Positions 15,376 to 23,862 of a DNA stretch of 32,000 bases are shown in pieces. Made by a program: the position numbers and the translations under genes. The first letter of the stretch is position 1. Each line of letters opens with the position of its first letter. Below the pieces are notes generated by a model, which saw only the letters and a list, made by a program, of their open reading frames with translations, did not search any database and was not told the DNA's origin. Origin of the DNA: Candidatus Thalassarchaeaceae archaeon (lineage in GTDB: Archaea > Thermoplasmatota > Poseidoniia > Poseidoniales > Thalassarchaeaceae). The stretch covers positions 390,001 to 422,000 of the forward strand of contig JBJLBP010000001.1 in NCBI GenBank assembly GCA_045568075.1, given 5' to 3'.

Positions 15376-18300
15376 ATGCTGAAAGGCGACTCAATGGGGC
15401 AGCGACTCATGACCAAACGCATCGCGGTTGCGATACTCGGGATTTTCCTCCTATCTCTCGCTCCGGCTGGTGGGGTTCATGTTGAGTCAACTGGGGATTC
15501 GGAGGAAATACTGGACCCAGTTGTGAATCGTATTGGGATTGCACCTGATCCAGATTCAATCCAAGATCTTGGTTCACCACGAGTCCTTGAGGGTCTCGAG
15601 AGGACTCGTGAGAATACGGCCGACTCTACAATCGGCGTTTACACCGAACTCGGCCTCATTCCATCGGTTCACTTGCCACGAGCTCTAGCTGAGCCTCGAA
15701 GCGACTTGGCGATGGTTATCGTCGATGGAGATGTTGGCATCTGGGATGCTCGTATTGCTGTCGAGGAAGCGGCTGATGTTGAGATTCGCTCGACAATTCC
15801 TCCATCGGGATTCCTCGTGCAGGGTGATGAAAAGCAGATTTCATTGCTCGCTGAGGAATCGATAGTAGTCGCAGTCCACTCTGTCTCGTCCGGCCTGCTC
15901 GCCCATCCGCTTCTGCGGCTGGTCGAAGAAGGCCCGATGATGGTCGAGTTGCTCGGCTGGAAGGATGACGAATTACAACGCCACGCCGAGCCAGGCCTCG
16001 GTCTGGAAGATTCGTTAGAAGCAGTTGCAGAACTTTGGTTGACCGATTCATGGAGCCCAGAAGAGGGGCGTGTATGGGGCGTCGTTGATATCTCCGATAT
16101 CGGCAGTGTCCTACAGCACCCCTCAGTCGCTTGGGTTGCGCCGCTACCGGTGCTAGAAACCAAAAATGACAATGCCCGAACCCACATGGGAATCGATACG
16201 GTCGACTCCTTCTTCGTCACTGATCTAGATGGCTCCGGCCAAACTGTTGCCGTCGGCGATTCGGGCATTGACCATGATCATGGGGATTTCAACAACCGAA
16301 TCGTCGGTCGAACTTCTGTCACCCCTGGAGATTCCTCGACCGCTGATCCATCGGATGGTCACGGAACCCACGTGGCTTGCACAGTGCTGGGTTCCGGAAT
16401 GCGCAGCAGCGGGACTTACAACGGCGTCGCTCCCGGTGCTAGCCTCTACTTCCAAGCAATGGAGGATGATGACACAGGTGCTCTCTACAGTTACGGCATT
16501 AACAGCATGTTGAATTCTGCTTACAATGCTGGTGCCCGCCTGCACACCAATAGCTGGGGAGCGGGCAGTGGACACGGATCATATTCGACCCAGTCCGAGG
16601 ATGCGGACGACCGCACCTCGACTTGGGATCAATACTGGAGTCACGAGGGTATGACTGTGCTCTTCGCGGCTGGCAACGAGCGTAATGACGGAGTTTCACC
16701 ACCTGGTACTGCGAAGAATGTCATCACAGTTGGTGGCCACAAGAATCGCTACAGTGGCTCTCCTGACGAGATGTATTACTGGAGTAGCCGCGGTCCAACT
16801 GACGATGGCCGTCTCAAGCCCGACCTTGTAGGACCGGGAGACGGTGTTCGATCTTGCCTCGCTCAAGAGGCTCAGGATGCAGATTCAGGATGGTCAAACA
16901 ACTGGTACATCGAGTACAGCGGCACTTCCATGTCGACTCCAGCCGCTGCCGGAGCCGCCGCCCTCGTGCGCGAGTATCTGATGGAAGTGGCAAATCGACC
17001 GGCTCCACAGGGTGCTTTGGTCAAGGCACTCCTGATTCTTGGCGCCGAGGACATGGGAAATCGTAACATTCCGAATAATGACGAGGGCTGGGGAAGAGTC
17101 AATCTGATTAATTCACTCATCCCCGATAGCGACGAAGGTATCTTCGTCGATGATCGTAGTAGAATTCGAAGTGGCGAGACCCAAGAATACACCTTCGAAA
17201 TCACTCGCGCTGGTGAGCCTCTGAAGGTGGTCCTCGCTTGGTCGGACTATCCTGGTTCATCATCTTCAAGCAATCAATTACGTAACGATTTGAATCTTGA
17301 AGTGATTCATCCGAGCGGTGGAACTACCTACAAAGGAAATGTCTTCAATTCAGGGCGTTCAATCGCTGGTGGCTCCTTCGATTCAAAGAATAATGTCGAG
17401 GTTGTTCTAGTCGATAATGCCGCTGTCGGGACATGGACTGTCCGTGTCAAGGACGATTATCACGGCGGCAGCCGCACCTGGCAGCCATTCGCTCTCGCGG
17501 TTCGTGGAGTGAACGTCAACGATCTCTCACCAGACCCAACTTTTGCTCCTGATGTATCGGTTACTCCAACCATTCCTCAGATTGGAGACTCGGTTCAGAT
17601 TGGAATCACTCTCGAGAATCTAGGAGCAGGATCTGTCTCAGATCTCGAAGTAATGGCGCGTGCAGATGGGTCTCACATCTCGACCCAAACCATCTCTATG
17701 ACTCCGGGTGAATCGGTCGGAATGACTTGGAATTGGACACCGACAAGCGAGGGACTGATAGATCTGTCATTCCACATTGATCCAAACGAACTTGTCGACG
17801 AATCCAACGAAGGAAATAACCTACTCACACACACAGTAATCATCAGTGCACCCGGAGTTCGAGTGACTTCGGATGAACCATTCATGACTCTTGGGGAGGC
17901 TGACGACAGCTCAACCACTTGGTCACTTACTCTGACGAATACCGCCCTCTTCGAGACCAATGCAACAATCGAAGCCTCCTCTCCTATTCGACAGAGCGAT
18001 GGCCTCGAATTCGATTGGTTCTACTCTTTCACATCGAATACGTTCAACCTGCTGGAAGCGGAATCTGTTGAGATTGGATTCACTCTGATCCATCCAGCTC
18101 CTCCGCAGCCTGGAACCTATGTCATGACGATTACAGGAACTGATGTCGAGAATGAGATTGAATCGATGCTCGACATCTACTTCGAGGTGCCCATTCTTGC
18201 AGCCGCCGATGTTGAAATCACATCAGGCCAAGTCCAAGTCAGTCCAATTTCTAAGACTCAAATTCAGGTCTTCGTAACCAATGTGGGCAATGGCCCTCAG

Positions 18301-19896
18301 ACCTACGATGTCGAACTCAGCTCTCCTGCGGGCTGGCACCTCGGCCTCGACGTGCTCGGAGCCTTCGCAGGTTCCTCACACGGCTCGACTGGAACTCTCT
18401 TCGTCGGCGAGCGCCGGACAATTGACATCACGGTGAATCCACCCGGCGCGATGATCCCAGCCGGCTCGGTATTCGACGCCGGCTTGACGATCCATTCTCG
18501 CGTCAGTAGTGATTCTTGGTCGGTACCGATTCCTCTCGAGGTCATCATCATCGACCAACTTTCGACCACACCAATCAGTGATGGCATTGAGCACGAAGTC
18601 TCGCCCGATTCGACTCTCGTGCTCGATATCGATTTCCTCAACAACGGTAATCGAGACCTGACGATGACCCCGTATTCGCGAGGTATCCCATCGGGTTGGA
18701 CTGTAGTAGGAGGTCTTGACACACTCTTCGCACCTACCGGCTCAACGACTAGTTGGTCGGTGACTCTGCAAGGCAATGGCAGGGCGACCAGCGGCGACTT
18801 CAAGCTCCGCTTCGCCACTGATGACGGCTTCGCTATCGACTGGAACAGAACCATCGATGTCCTCTCAGCCGCGATACCCGCTCTGACTTTCCACCAAGTC
18901 GTTCTTGGCGACGGCACATCTGCTGACACACCACTAGGAGTCGGAGCCCATCCCGTCGGAACAGGCTTCGATTTGGCTTGGGAGGTCGAGAATGAAGGTA
19001 CCTCAACTTGGAAGCCGACCACGAGTATCATCATCCCTGAAGGTGATTGGTTGGGGACTTGCCCAACTACACCATCCTCTCTCGCTCCCGGCGCGAGTAG
19101 CATCATTTGGTGCACCGTGACGATTCCACTATCGGCTGAGGCCGGGAGTGAACCATACGTCACTCTCAGGATGGAAGGCGAAGGTATCGAGATCGAGAAT
19201 TCGATCTCGCTACGCGTAGACTCTGTCTCCGCGGTGACTTGGAATCTGCGAACCCAAGCCCAGGCACACGAGGGCTACCCTATCCAGATGACTGTGGATA
19301 TTCAGAACGTTGGTAATGCGCAAGTGAATCATCGCTTAGATGTCACAGCACCATCTGGCTGGAACGTCTTCATCAATGACGAGGTCCTAGTCATTCTGAG
19401 TCCCGGCGAATCACGTTCGATCGTCATTGAATTCACCCCCAATGCTGGCAGCGATGGAATCATCGAGATGTCACTTCGCTATGGCGAGGACATTCAGGGG
19501 TCCACCTTCTCCTTCGATGTCGATGTGATGCCCGGTAAGGGCGGTGATAGCAGCCTTGGTTCAACACTCATTCCAATCTTCTTCATCCTCATTATCGCAA
19601 TCATCGGTGGGGCCGGATTCTATGTCTTCAAGCAGCGCGGAGGCAAACTCGATTCCATCATCTCAAAAGAGGCTGTGAGCAAGATTTCCGAGTCGCTGAA
19701 ACTTAGTGAAGAAGAGAGCGGATCTGGTATCGAATGTTGGGTTTGTAGTCGTGATATATTCGAGGGTAAAGCTCACGCTTGTGGCAATTGTGGAGCCCGC
19801 TATCACCAAGCCGGACAGATTCGAGGATGCGATATCCTCTCCGTTGGCCGCTGTTTGCACTGTAACGCAGATTCGAGCGAGCTCGTCGAGGCTTGA
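15376..19896 (+). CDS. Membrane-tethered subtilisin-like serine protease D (peptidase S8) with a long repeat stalk and a cytoplasmic Cys/His zinc-finger-like tail
   Basis: Catalytic triad motifs: VAVGDSGID (Asp, 16258-16260), DGHGTHVA (His, 16360-16362), SGTSMSTPAAAGAAAL (Ser, 16927-16929), plus the oxyanion HTNSWG. P-domain-like block LAWSDYPG...LRNDLNLEV...NNVEVV...GTWTVRV. CARDB signature DESNEGNN. At least five repeats of the type VTNVGNG...SPAGW. TM helix 19561-19629. Cys/His module 19735-19863. Alternative starts at 15394 and 15409. Confidence 0.9.
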   Translation: MLKGDSMGQRLMTKRIAVAILGIFLLSLAPAGGVHVESTGDSEEILDPVVNRIGIAPDPDSIQDLGSPRVLEGLERTRENTADSTIGVYTELGLIPSVHLPRALAEPRSDLAMVIVDGDVGIWDARIAVEEAADVEIRSTIPPSGFLVQGDEKQISLLAEESIVVAVHSVSSGLLAHPLLRLVEEGPMMVELLGWKDDELQRHAEPGLGLEDSLEAVAELWLTDSWSPEEGRVWGVVDISDIGSVLQHPSVAWVAPLPVLETKNDNARTHMGIDTVDSFFVTDLDGSGQTVAVGDSGIDHDHGDFNNRIVGRTSVTPGDSSTADPSDGHGTHVACTVLGSGMRSSGTYNGVAPGASLYFQAMEDDDTGALYSYGINSMLNSAYNAGARLHTNSWGAGSGHGSYSTQSEDADDRTSTWDQYWSHEGMTVLFAAGNERNDGVSPPGTAKNVITVGGHKNRYSGSPDEMYYWSSRGPTDDGRLKPDLVGPGDGVRSCLAQEAQDADSGWSNNWYIEYSGTSMSTPAAAGAAALVREYLMEVANRPAPQGALVKALLILGAEDMGNRNIPNNDEGWGRVNLINSLIPDSDEGIFVDDRSRIRSGETQEYTFEITRAGEPLKVVLAWSDYPGSSSSSNQLRNDLNLEVIHPSGGTTYKGNVFNSGRSIAGGSFDSKNNVEVVLVDNAAVGTWTVRVKDDYHGGSRTWQPFALAVRGVNVNDLSPDPTFAPDVSVTPTIPQIGDSVQIGITLENLGAGSVSDLEVMARADGSHISTQTISMTPGESVGMTWNWTPTSEGLIDLSFHIDPNELVDESNEGNNLLTHTVIISAPGVRVTSDEPFMTLGEADDSSTTWSLTLTNTALFETNATIEASSPIRQSDGLEFDWFYSFTSNTFNLLEAESVEIGFTLIHPAPPQPGTYVMTITGTDVENEIESMLDIYFEVPILAAADVEITSGQVQVSPISKTQIQVFVTNVGNGPQTYDVELSSPAGWHLGLDVLGAFAGSSHGSTGTLFVGERRTIDITVNPPGAMIPAGSVFDAGLTIHSRVSSDSWSVPIPLEVIIIDQLSTTPISDGIEHEVSPDSTLVLDIDFLNNGNRDLTMTPYSRGIPSGWTVVGGLDTLFAPTGSTTSWSVTLQGNGRATSGDFKLRFATDDGFAIDWNRTIDVLSAAIPALTFHQVVLGDGTSADTPLGVGAHPVGTGFDLAWEVENEGTSTWKPTTSIIIPEGDWLGTCPTTPSSLAPGASSIIWCTVTIPLSAEAGSEPYVTLRMEGEGIEIENSISLRVDSVSAVTWNLRTQAQAHEGYPIQMTVDIQNVGNAQVNHRLDVTAPSGWNVFINDEVLVILSPGESRSIVIEFTPNAGSDGIIEMSLRYGEDIQGSTFSFDVDVMPGKGGDSSLGSTLIPIFFILIIAIIGGAGFYVFKQRGGKLDSIISKEAVSKISESLKLSEEESGSGIECWVCSRDIFEGKAHACGNCGARYHQAGQIRGCDILSVGRCLHCNADSSELVEA

Positions 19897-19898
19897 AC

Positions 19899-19918
19899 CG
19901 CGACCCTACGGGCTCGCG
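19899..19918 (+). promoter_or_regulatory. Hairpin H2: CGCGACCC-TAC-GGG(C)TCGCG
   Basis: An 8-bp stem with one bulged C starts 2 nt after the TGA of gene D. A second small hairpin follows (CCCT-TAG-AGGG, 19929-19939). Confidence 0.45.
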
Positions 19919-19959
19919 TGGCCCGAAGCCCTTAGAGGGGCCCGATTCTCGGCAGAGCG

Positions 19960-22644
19960 ATGAATCGTGCTGCTTTGGCCCGTTTGCTGACGGTTCTGCT
20001 TCTTGTCACGATGCTCTCTCCTATGGTTCAGGCTGAGGTTGATCCACGTTTGACAGCGAGTCCGATGGCTCAGGAAGCCGACGCAGATGAACCAGCTGAG
20101 TACGATATCACCGTTCACAACGATGGCGACGATGATATGGCCGTATCTCTGAGCACTTCGCAAGACGCATCGGATTGCAATGGATTCAGTTCCTCAATCG
20201 AACAGGTCTCGGGTACCATAGGTTCTGGTGAATCTGAGACTGTCACACTCACAGTGACCGTTAACGATCAAGCCAATGGTGAGTGTGAGACAACTGTCCA
20301 AGCGACTGCACAAGTCGCTGATGGAGCGCCAGGTACTCCGAAGAATGCCGATATCACAGTCACCACCACCGCCGGAGACGGCGGTGGACTCTATGCAGTC
20401 AAACTCTCGACCGATGAACCGAGTGTCGATTATGATGGAGACGACGATATCGTTTGGGAGGTCGAGGTGGAGAATACCGGTGAACAGCAGGCGAATGTCC
20501 AACTCGAGATGACTAGTGAGGATGATTGCGAGTCAGACGATCTCACAGCAACCGTCGATCCAGCGGTAGTACAGCTTGAATCCGGTGACAAGGAAACAGT
20601 CGACGTGACAGTCGAAATTCCCGACGGTAGTTCCACCGAGGCTGGTCAGCACTGTTTCCTATTGAGGGCTGAAGTCACCAACGACCCCAATCAAGCCGAC
20701 CGAGCCGGAGACAATCTAACTCTCAGTCTCAATATTCCAGAAGTCAAGGAGTGCGACGGATCTCTTTCAACCACATCTCACAGTCTCGATCCATTTGAGA
20801 CAGCGGAGAATAGCTTTGAAGTCGAAAATACGGGAAATACCGAGTGGACTGTTCAGATGCAAGCCCAATCGCCGGGAACCGACATCACGGGTTGGGTTGA
20901 GTTTGATAGCCCGAAGACAAAATTACTCGCCAAACCCGGTAATTCCGACGATAGCCACACCTTCACATTCTCAGTGACTCCTGATGATTCAGCCGAAGCC
21001 GGCTCTCAGATTGAAATCAAGATTCAAGGACGTTCGAACCAAGGCGTCGGCTGCGAACAGATTCTCACAGTCACAATCGGTCAAGTTCATGATGCGAAAT
21101 TGACCCTCAGTACATCGAAACTTTCCAATGTAGAACCGGGGAGTTCAGATTCAGTCACTTTGACGGTGGAGAATCGCGGTAATGGGCTCGATACCTTTTC
21201 TCTGACTACGATTGACCTCCCTGAAGGTTGGCAAATTTCATTCTCTCAATCTTCGGTCACCGTCAACAGTCGTCATGATTCTAACAACAAGGTTTCTCTG
21301 ACCGCCACAATCAATGTCCCTGCAGATGCTCTCGCGGGCGATAACACGATTGAATTCGGCGTGACTGTTAGTGGTTCGACGACTATTCTAGCCAGCAAGG
21401 TTCTGACGGTATCGGTCGCGGCAAGGCACGACCTGACAGCTGATATGCTCTCAACTCAGCAGACGGGTCGCTCAGGGCAGGTCGTCCAGTTCCCGATAGA
21501 TATCACGAACACCGGGAATATCCGTGATACGTTCAAGCTCCAAGTCTGCGATCCGAGTGACCAGACAGGATGCAATCCTCCGATGTGGGCTGCGTCTTAT
21601 TCTGACACAAATGGAAATTCAATTTCGCAGTTGATTCTTGATCCTAGCGAGTCTAAGCGAGTCTTCCTCGATGTTACCGTCGAGGGTGAGGAAGACGCGG
21701 ATTCAGTCACAATTCTCTCACGCGTGGCGATATTTGGAACCAGCGAGAAGGTCGAGCATACGATTAGCGTGATCGTATCAAACTACGATTACGGCATGGC
21801 AATCTCGCCCGAAATGCCGGGTCCGATAGCCGGGCAGCTCGACGTTGTTCTACCACCAGGTGGAGTCACAGAAATCAATTTCTGGCTCGAGAATACAGGT
21901 AATTTCCCCGGCGGAGATAAAGCCGTCATATCGATGGCGGGAATGGAATCATCGGTTCTGAGGAGTGTTCTGATCGATGGCGTGGTCGTCAATGATAACA
22001 TCCCAGTTCCATCTGGTGATCGCGTTCTCATTACGATTCAACTCGAGGTACTGGAAGGTGTGGGAAGTGGAACTACTGGCGTGATAAAGATCAGCGCTTC
22101 CTCCGAGAAGAATGCTGCTGAGAGCACCTCAGTTGATCTCGCCTTCGAGGTCAGGACAATCCATGATTTGCAATTCACACTCGAAGGCGAAGAGGATGCG
22201 ACGACGGATGAGAAAACCAGTGTTGAGTTCATTTTGTATGTGACTAATCATGGAAACATCGTCGAGACAGTCCAGATCCTAACAAGCGATTCTCTCCGTG
22301 GATGGACGGTCAATGTCATCCCTGACGAATTCCAACTCTCACCTGGGAACTCTCGAACCATCACAGTGAGGGTGACTCCTCCGGCGGGGATGATCCAAGA
22401 TGACACCTATAGATTCACCATCACAGTCCAGCCCAAGGGCATGCCCGTAGCGGGCGAACCCCTCGATCTCGAAGTAACTGCTGAGGTCTCCCCTGGACTC
22501 AACTGGCTGAGCGAGCAGAACGAGCAGATTCTGGTTTACGGATTGACAGGCATTGGGGCTCTGCTCGTCGTCATTCTCTTCTTCCGCTCGCGCACAGAGA
22601 ACCGTCGTATCATCGAGGCGCTCGAGCACGAATCGAGCGACTGA
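19960..22644 (+). CDS. Surface protein E: signal peptide, ~7-8 tandem NEW3/CARDB-like beta-sandwich repeats, C-terminal TM anchor (COG1470-like architecture)
   Basis: Signal peptide MNRAALARLLTVLLLVTMLSPMVQA. Recurrent motifs VENTGEQQANV, VENTGNTEWTV, VENRGNGLDTFSL...LPEGWQISF, ITNTGNIRDTFKL, LENTGNFPG, VTNHGNIVETVQI...LRGWTVNV. TM helix ILVYGLTGIGALLVVILFF (22528-22584) followed by RSRTENRR. Confidence 0.85.
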   Translation: MNRAALARLLTVLLLVTMLSPMVQAEVDPRLTASPMAQEADADEPAEYDITVHNDGDDDMAVSLSTSQDASDCNGFSSSIEQVSGTIGSGESETVTLTVTVNDQANGECETTVQATAQVADGAPGTPKNADITVTTTAGDGGGLYAVKLSTDEPSVDYDGDDDIVWEVEVENTGEQQANVQLEMTSEDDCESDDLTATVDPAVVQLESGDKETVDVTVEIPDGSSTEAGQHCFLLRAEVTNDPNQADRAGDNLTLSLNIPEVKECDGSLSTTSHSLDPFETAENSFEVENTGNTEWTVQMQAQSPGTDITGWVEFDSPKTKLLAKPGNSDDSHTFTFSVTPDDSAEAGSQIEIKIQGRSNQGVGCEQILTVTIGQVHDAKLTLSTSKLSNVEPGSSDSVTLTVENRGNGLDTFSLTTIDLPEGWQISFSQSSVTVNSRHDSNNKVSLTATINVPADALAGDNTIEFGVTVSGSTTILASKVLTVSVAARHDLTADMLSTQQTGRSGQVVQFPIDITNTGNIRDTFKLQVCDPSDQTGCNPPMWAASYSDTNGNSISQLILDPSESKRVFLDVTVEGEEDADSVTILSRVAIFGTSEKVEHTISVIVSNYDYGMAISPEMPGPIAGQLDVVLPPGGVTEINFWLENTGNFPGGDKAVISMAGMESSVLRSVLIDGVVVNDNIPVPSGDRVLITIQLEVLEGVGSGTTGVIKISASSEKNAAESTSVDLAFEVRTIHDLQFTLEGEEDATTDEKTSVEFILYVTNHGNIVETVQILTSDSLRGWTVNVIPDEFQLSPGNSRTITVRVTPPAGMIQDDTYRFTITVQPKGMPVAGEPLDLEVTAEVSPGLNWLSEQNEQILVYGLTGIGALLVVILFFRSRTENRRIIEALEHESSD

Positions 22645-22766
22645 GTCGCGGGCTCACAACTCGGACCAATGAATGTCTTCTCACGGCTCCTGCTTTCTCC
22701 GTGCTCGACCAATCTCAACGAGCGCACGGTTATGCTTATGACCGAATTTCAGGTGGGCAACTCTGC

Positions 22767-22783
22767 CGGTCCCTACGGGACCG
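22767..22783 (+). promoter_or_regulatory. Hairpin H3: CGGTCCC-TAC-GGGACCG
   Basis: A perfect 7-bp inverted repeat with a 3-nt spacer ends 13 nt before the nuoA ATG and sits just upstream of the AGGTG SD. Confidence 0.5.
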
Positions 22784-22796
22784 TCAGGTGTCAGCG

Positions 22797-23243
22797 ATGT
22801 CGACGGTACCAGAAGCCTATCTCGCATTGGCAATCATGACTCTCGTTGGCATCGGATTTCCAGTCATGAGCTTCGTCGCTTCCCGCTTCCTAAGGCCGAT
22901 GCCGAGCGCTAATGACGGCAACAAATTGCGCTCGATTCTCTTACCGGGTTACGAGACTGATCAGAGCTTGTACGTCCGGCGAGATAGCACGTATGAGTGT
23001 GGATCCGAACCTGTTGGTGACGCTCACATCAATTTCCACTTCCAGTACTACTGGTATGCAATCATCTTCCTCGTCTTCGATATCGCATTCATGTTCCTCG
23101 CGTTTGGCGGGATCGTCGCAATCGAAGAGGCCGGTGGCGACATTGATGTCTGGTCTGCGATGATGACTCTCACCGTGTTCATGGTGCTGATGAGTCTGGG
23201 CGTATGGCACGTCTTCCGCAAGCGAGGAAGGATCTACATCTGA
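22797..23243 (+). CDS. nuoA: NADH-quinone oxidoreductase (complex I-like) subunit A
   Basis: NuoA core YECGSEPVGDAHINFHFQYYWYAIIFLVFDIAFMFL with three TM helices. ATG 22797 is preceded by AGGTG. The longer ORF from 22701 adds a non-hydrophobic extension that looks unlikely. Confidence 0.85.
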   Translation: MSTVPEAYLALAIMTLVGIGFPVMSFVASRFLRPMPSANDGNKLRSILLPGYETDQSLYVRRDSTYECGSEPVGDAHINFHFQYYWYAIIFLVFDIAFMFLAFGGIVAIEEAGGDIDVWSAMMTLTVFMVLMSLGVWHVFRKRGRIYI

Positions 23244-23252
23244 GGTGATTGA

Positions 23253-23849
23253 ATGAGCGATGAAACCTCTAATTTCTCTGTTTTCAACAGCAGAATCCTA
23301 GTCGATACCGTCGGTGACATCACCGATGAGGCCCTGAAGGCAAGTCGCATGAAGGAGATTATCGGTGTCCTTGGAGGACGCCTCTTCAACTGGGGTCAGC
23401 GCAAGTCGCTATTTCCTCTTCACCTTGGAATCAAGTGCTGTGCTCTTGAGATGGCTGCGGCAGGTGCGAGTCGCTTCGATGCTGAGCGCTTCGGCGTTTT
23501 CTTCCGCTCCAGCCCGCGCCAATGTGATGTTTTACTGGTCAATGGTCCAATTTCGAAGAAGTTCGCTGACCCCATAGTTCGCCTTTGGGAGCAGATGCCT
23601 GAGCCAAAGTGGTGCATAGCCATGGGCGAGTGCGCTATCTCTGGAGGGCCTTACTTCCAATCTTACAACATCCTCGAAGGCGTCGATACGGTAATTCCCG
23701 TTGATGTCTACATCCCGGGATGCCCACCTCGGCCTGAAGCGCTAATCGACGGTTTCGGCAAGTTGCGTGAGAAGATCATTCGCATCGGTGCGGTACCAAG
23801 CGAAGTCAGGCCGATGAGTGAGGCACCGCTTATCGTCGGAGACGAGTGA
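23253..23849 (+). CDS. nuoB: Complex I subunit B (20-kDa, N2 cluster)
   Basis: NuoB motifs are present: GIKCCALEM, SPRQCDVLLVNGPIS, WCIAMGECAISGGPY, VDVYIPGCPPRPEALI. GAGGTGAT lies at 23242-23249. Confidence 0.93.
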   Translation: MSDETSNFSVFNSRILVDTVGDITDEALKASRMKEIIGVLGGRLFNWGQRKSLFPLHLGIKCCALEMAAAGASRFDAERFGVFFRSSPRQCDVLLVNGPISKKFADPIVRLWEQMPEPKWCIAMGECAISGGPYFQSYNILEGVDTVIPVDVYIPGCPPRPEALIDGFGKLREKIIRIGAVPSEVRPMSEAPLIVGDE

Positions 23850-23862
23850 AGGAGGATTCGAG

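Noticed and set aside
18303-19163. 286-aa minus-strand ORF (also 15669-16268, 199 aa) inside the subtilase gene
   Set aside because: Both lie entirely within a 4.5-kb plus-strand ORF that has an intact S8 triad and repeat domains. The antisense translations are Ser/Pro/Arg-rich with no motifs, as is typical of spurious antisense frames in GC-balanced genes.
22701-22796. Longer N-terminal extensions offered by the ORF track for nuoA (22701), nuoC (23818), nuoJ1 (28044) and nuoK (28692)
   Set aside because: The extensions overlap the preceding gene out of frame and add non-homologous, often Arg-rich sequence. Internal ATGs preceded by GGAGG/GGTGA motifs give canonical N-termini.
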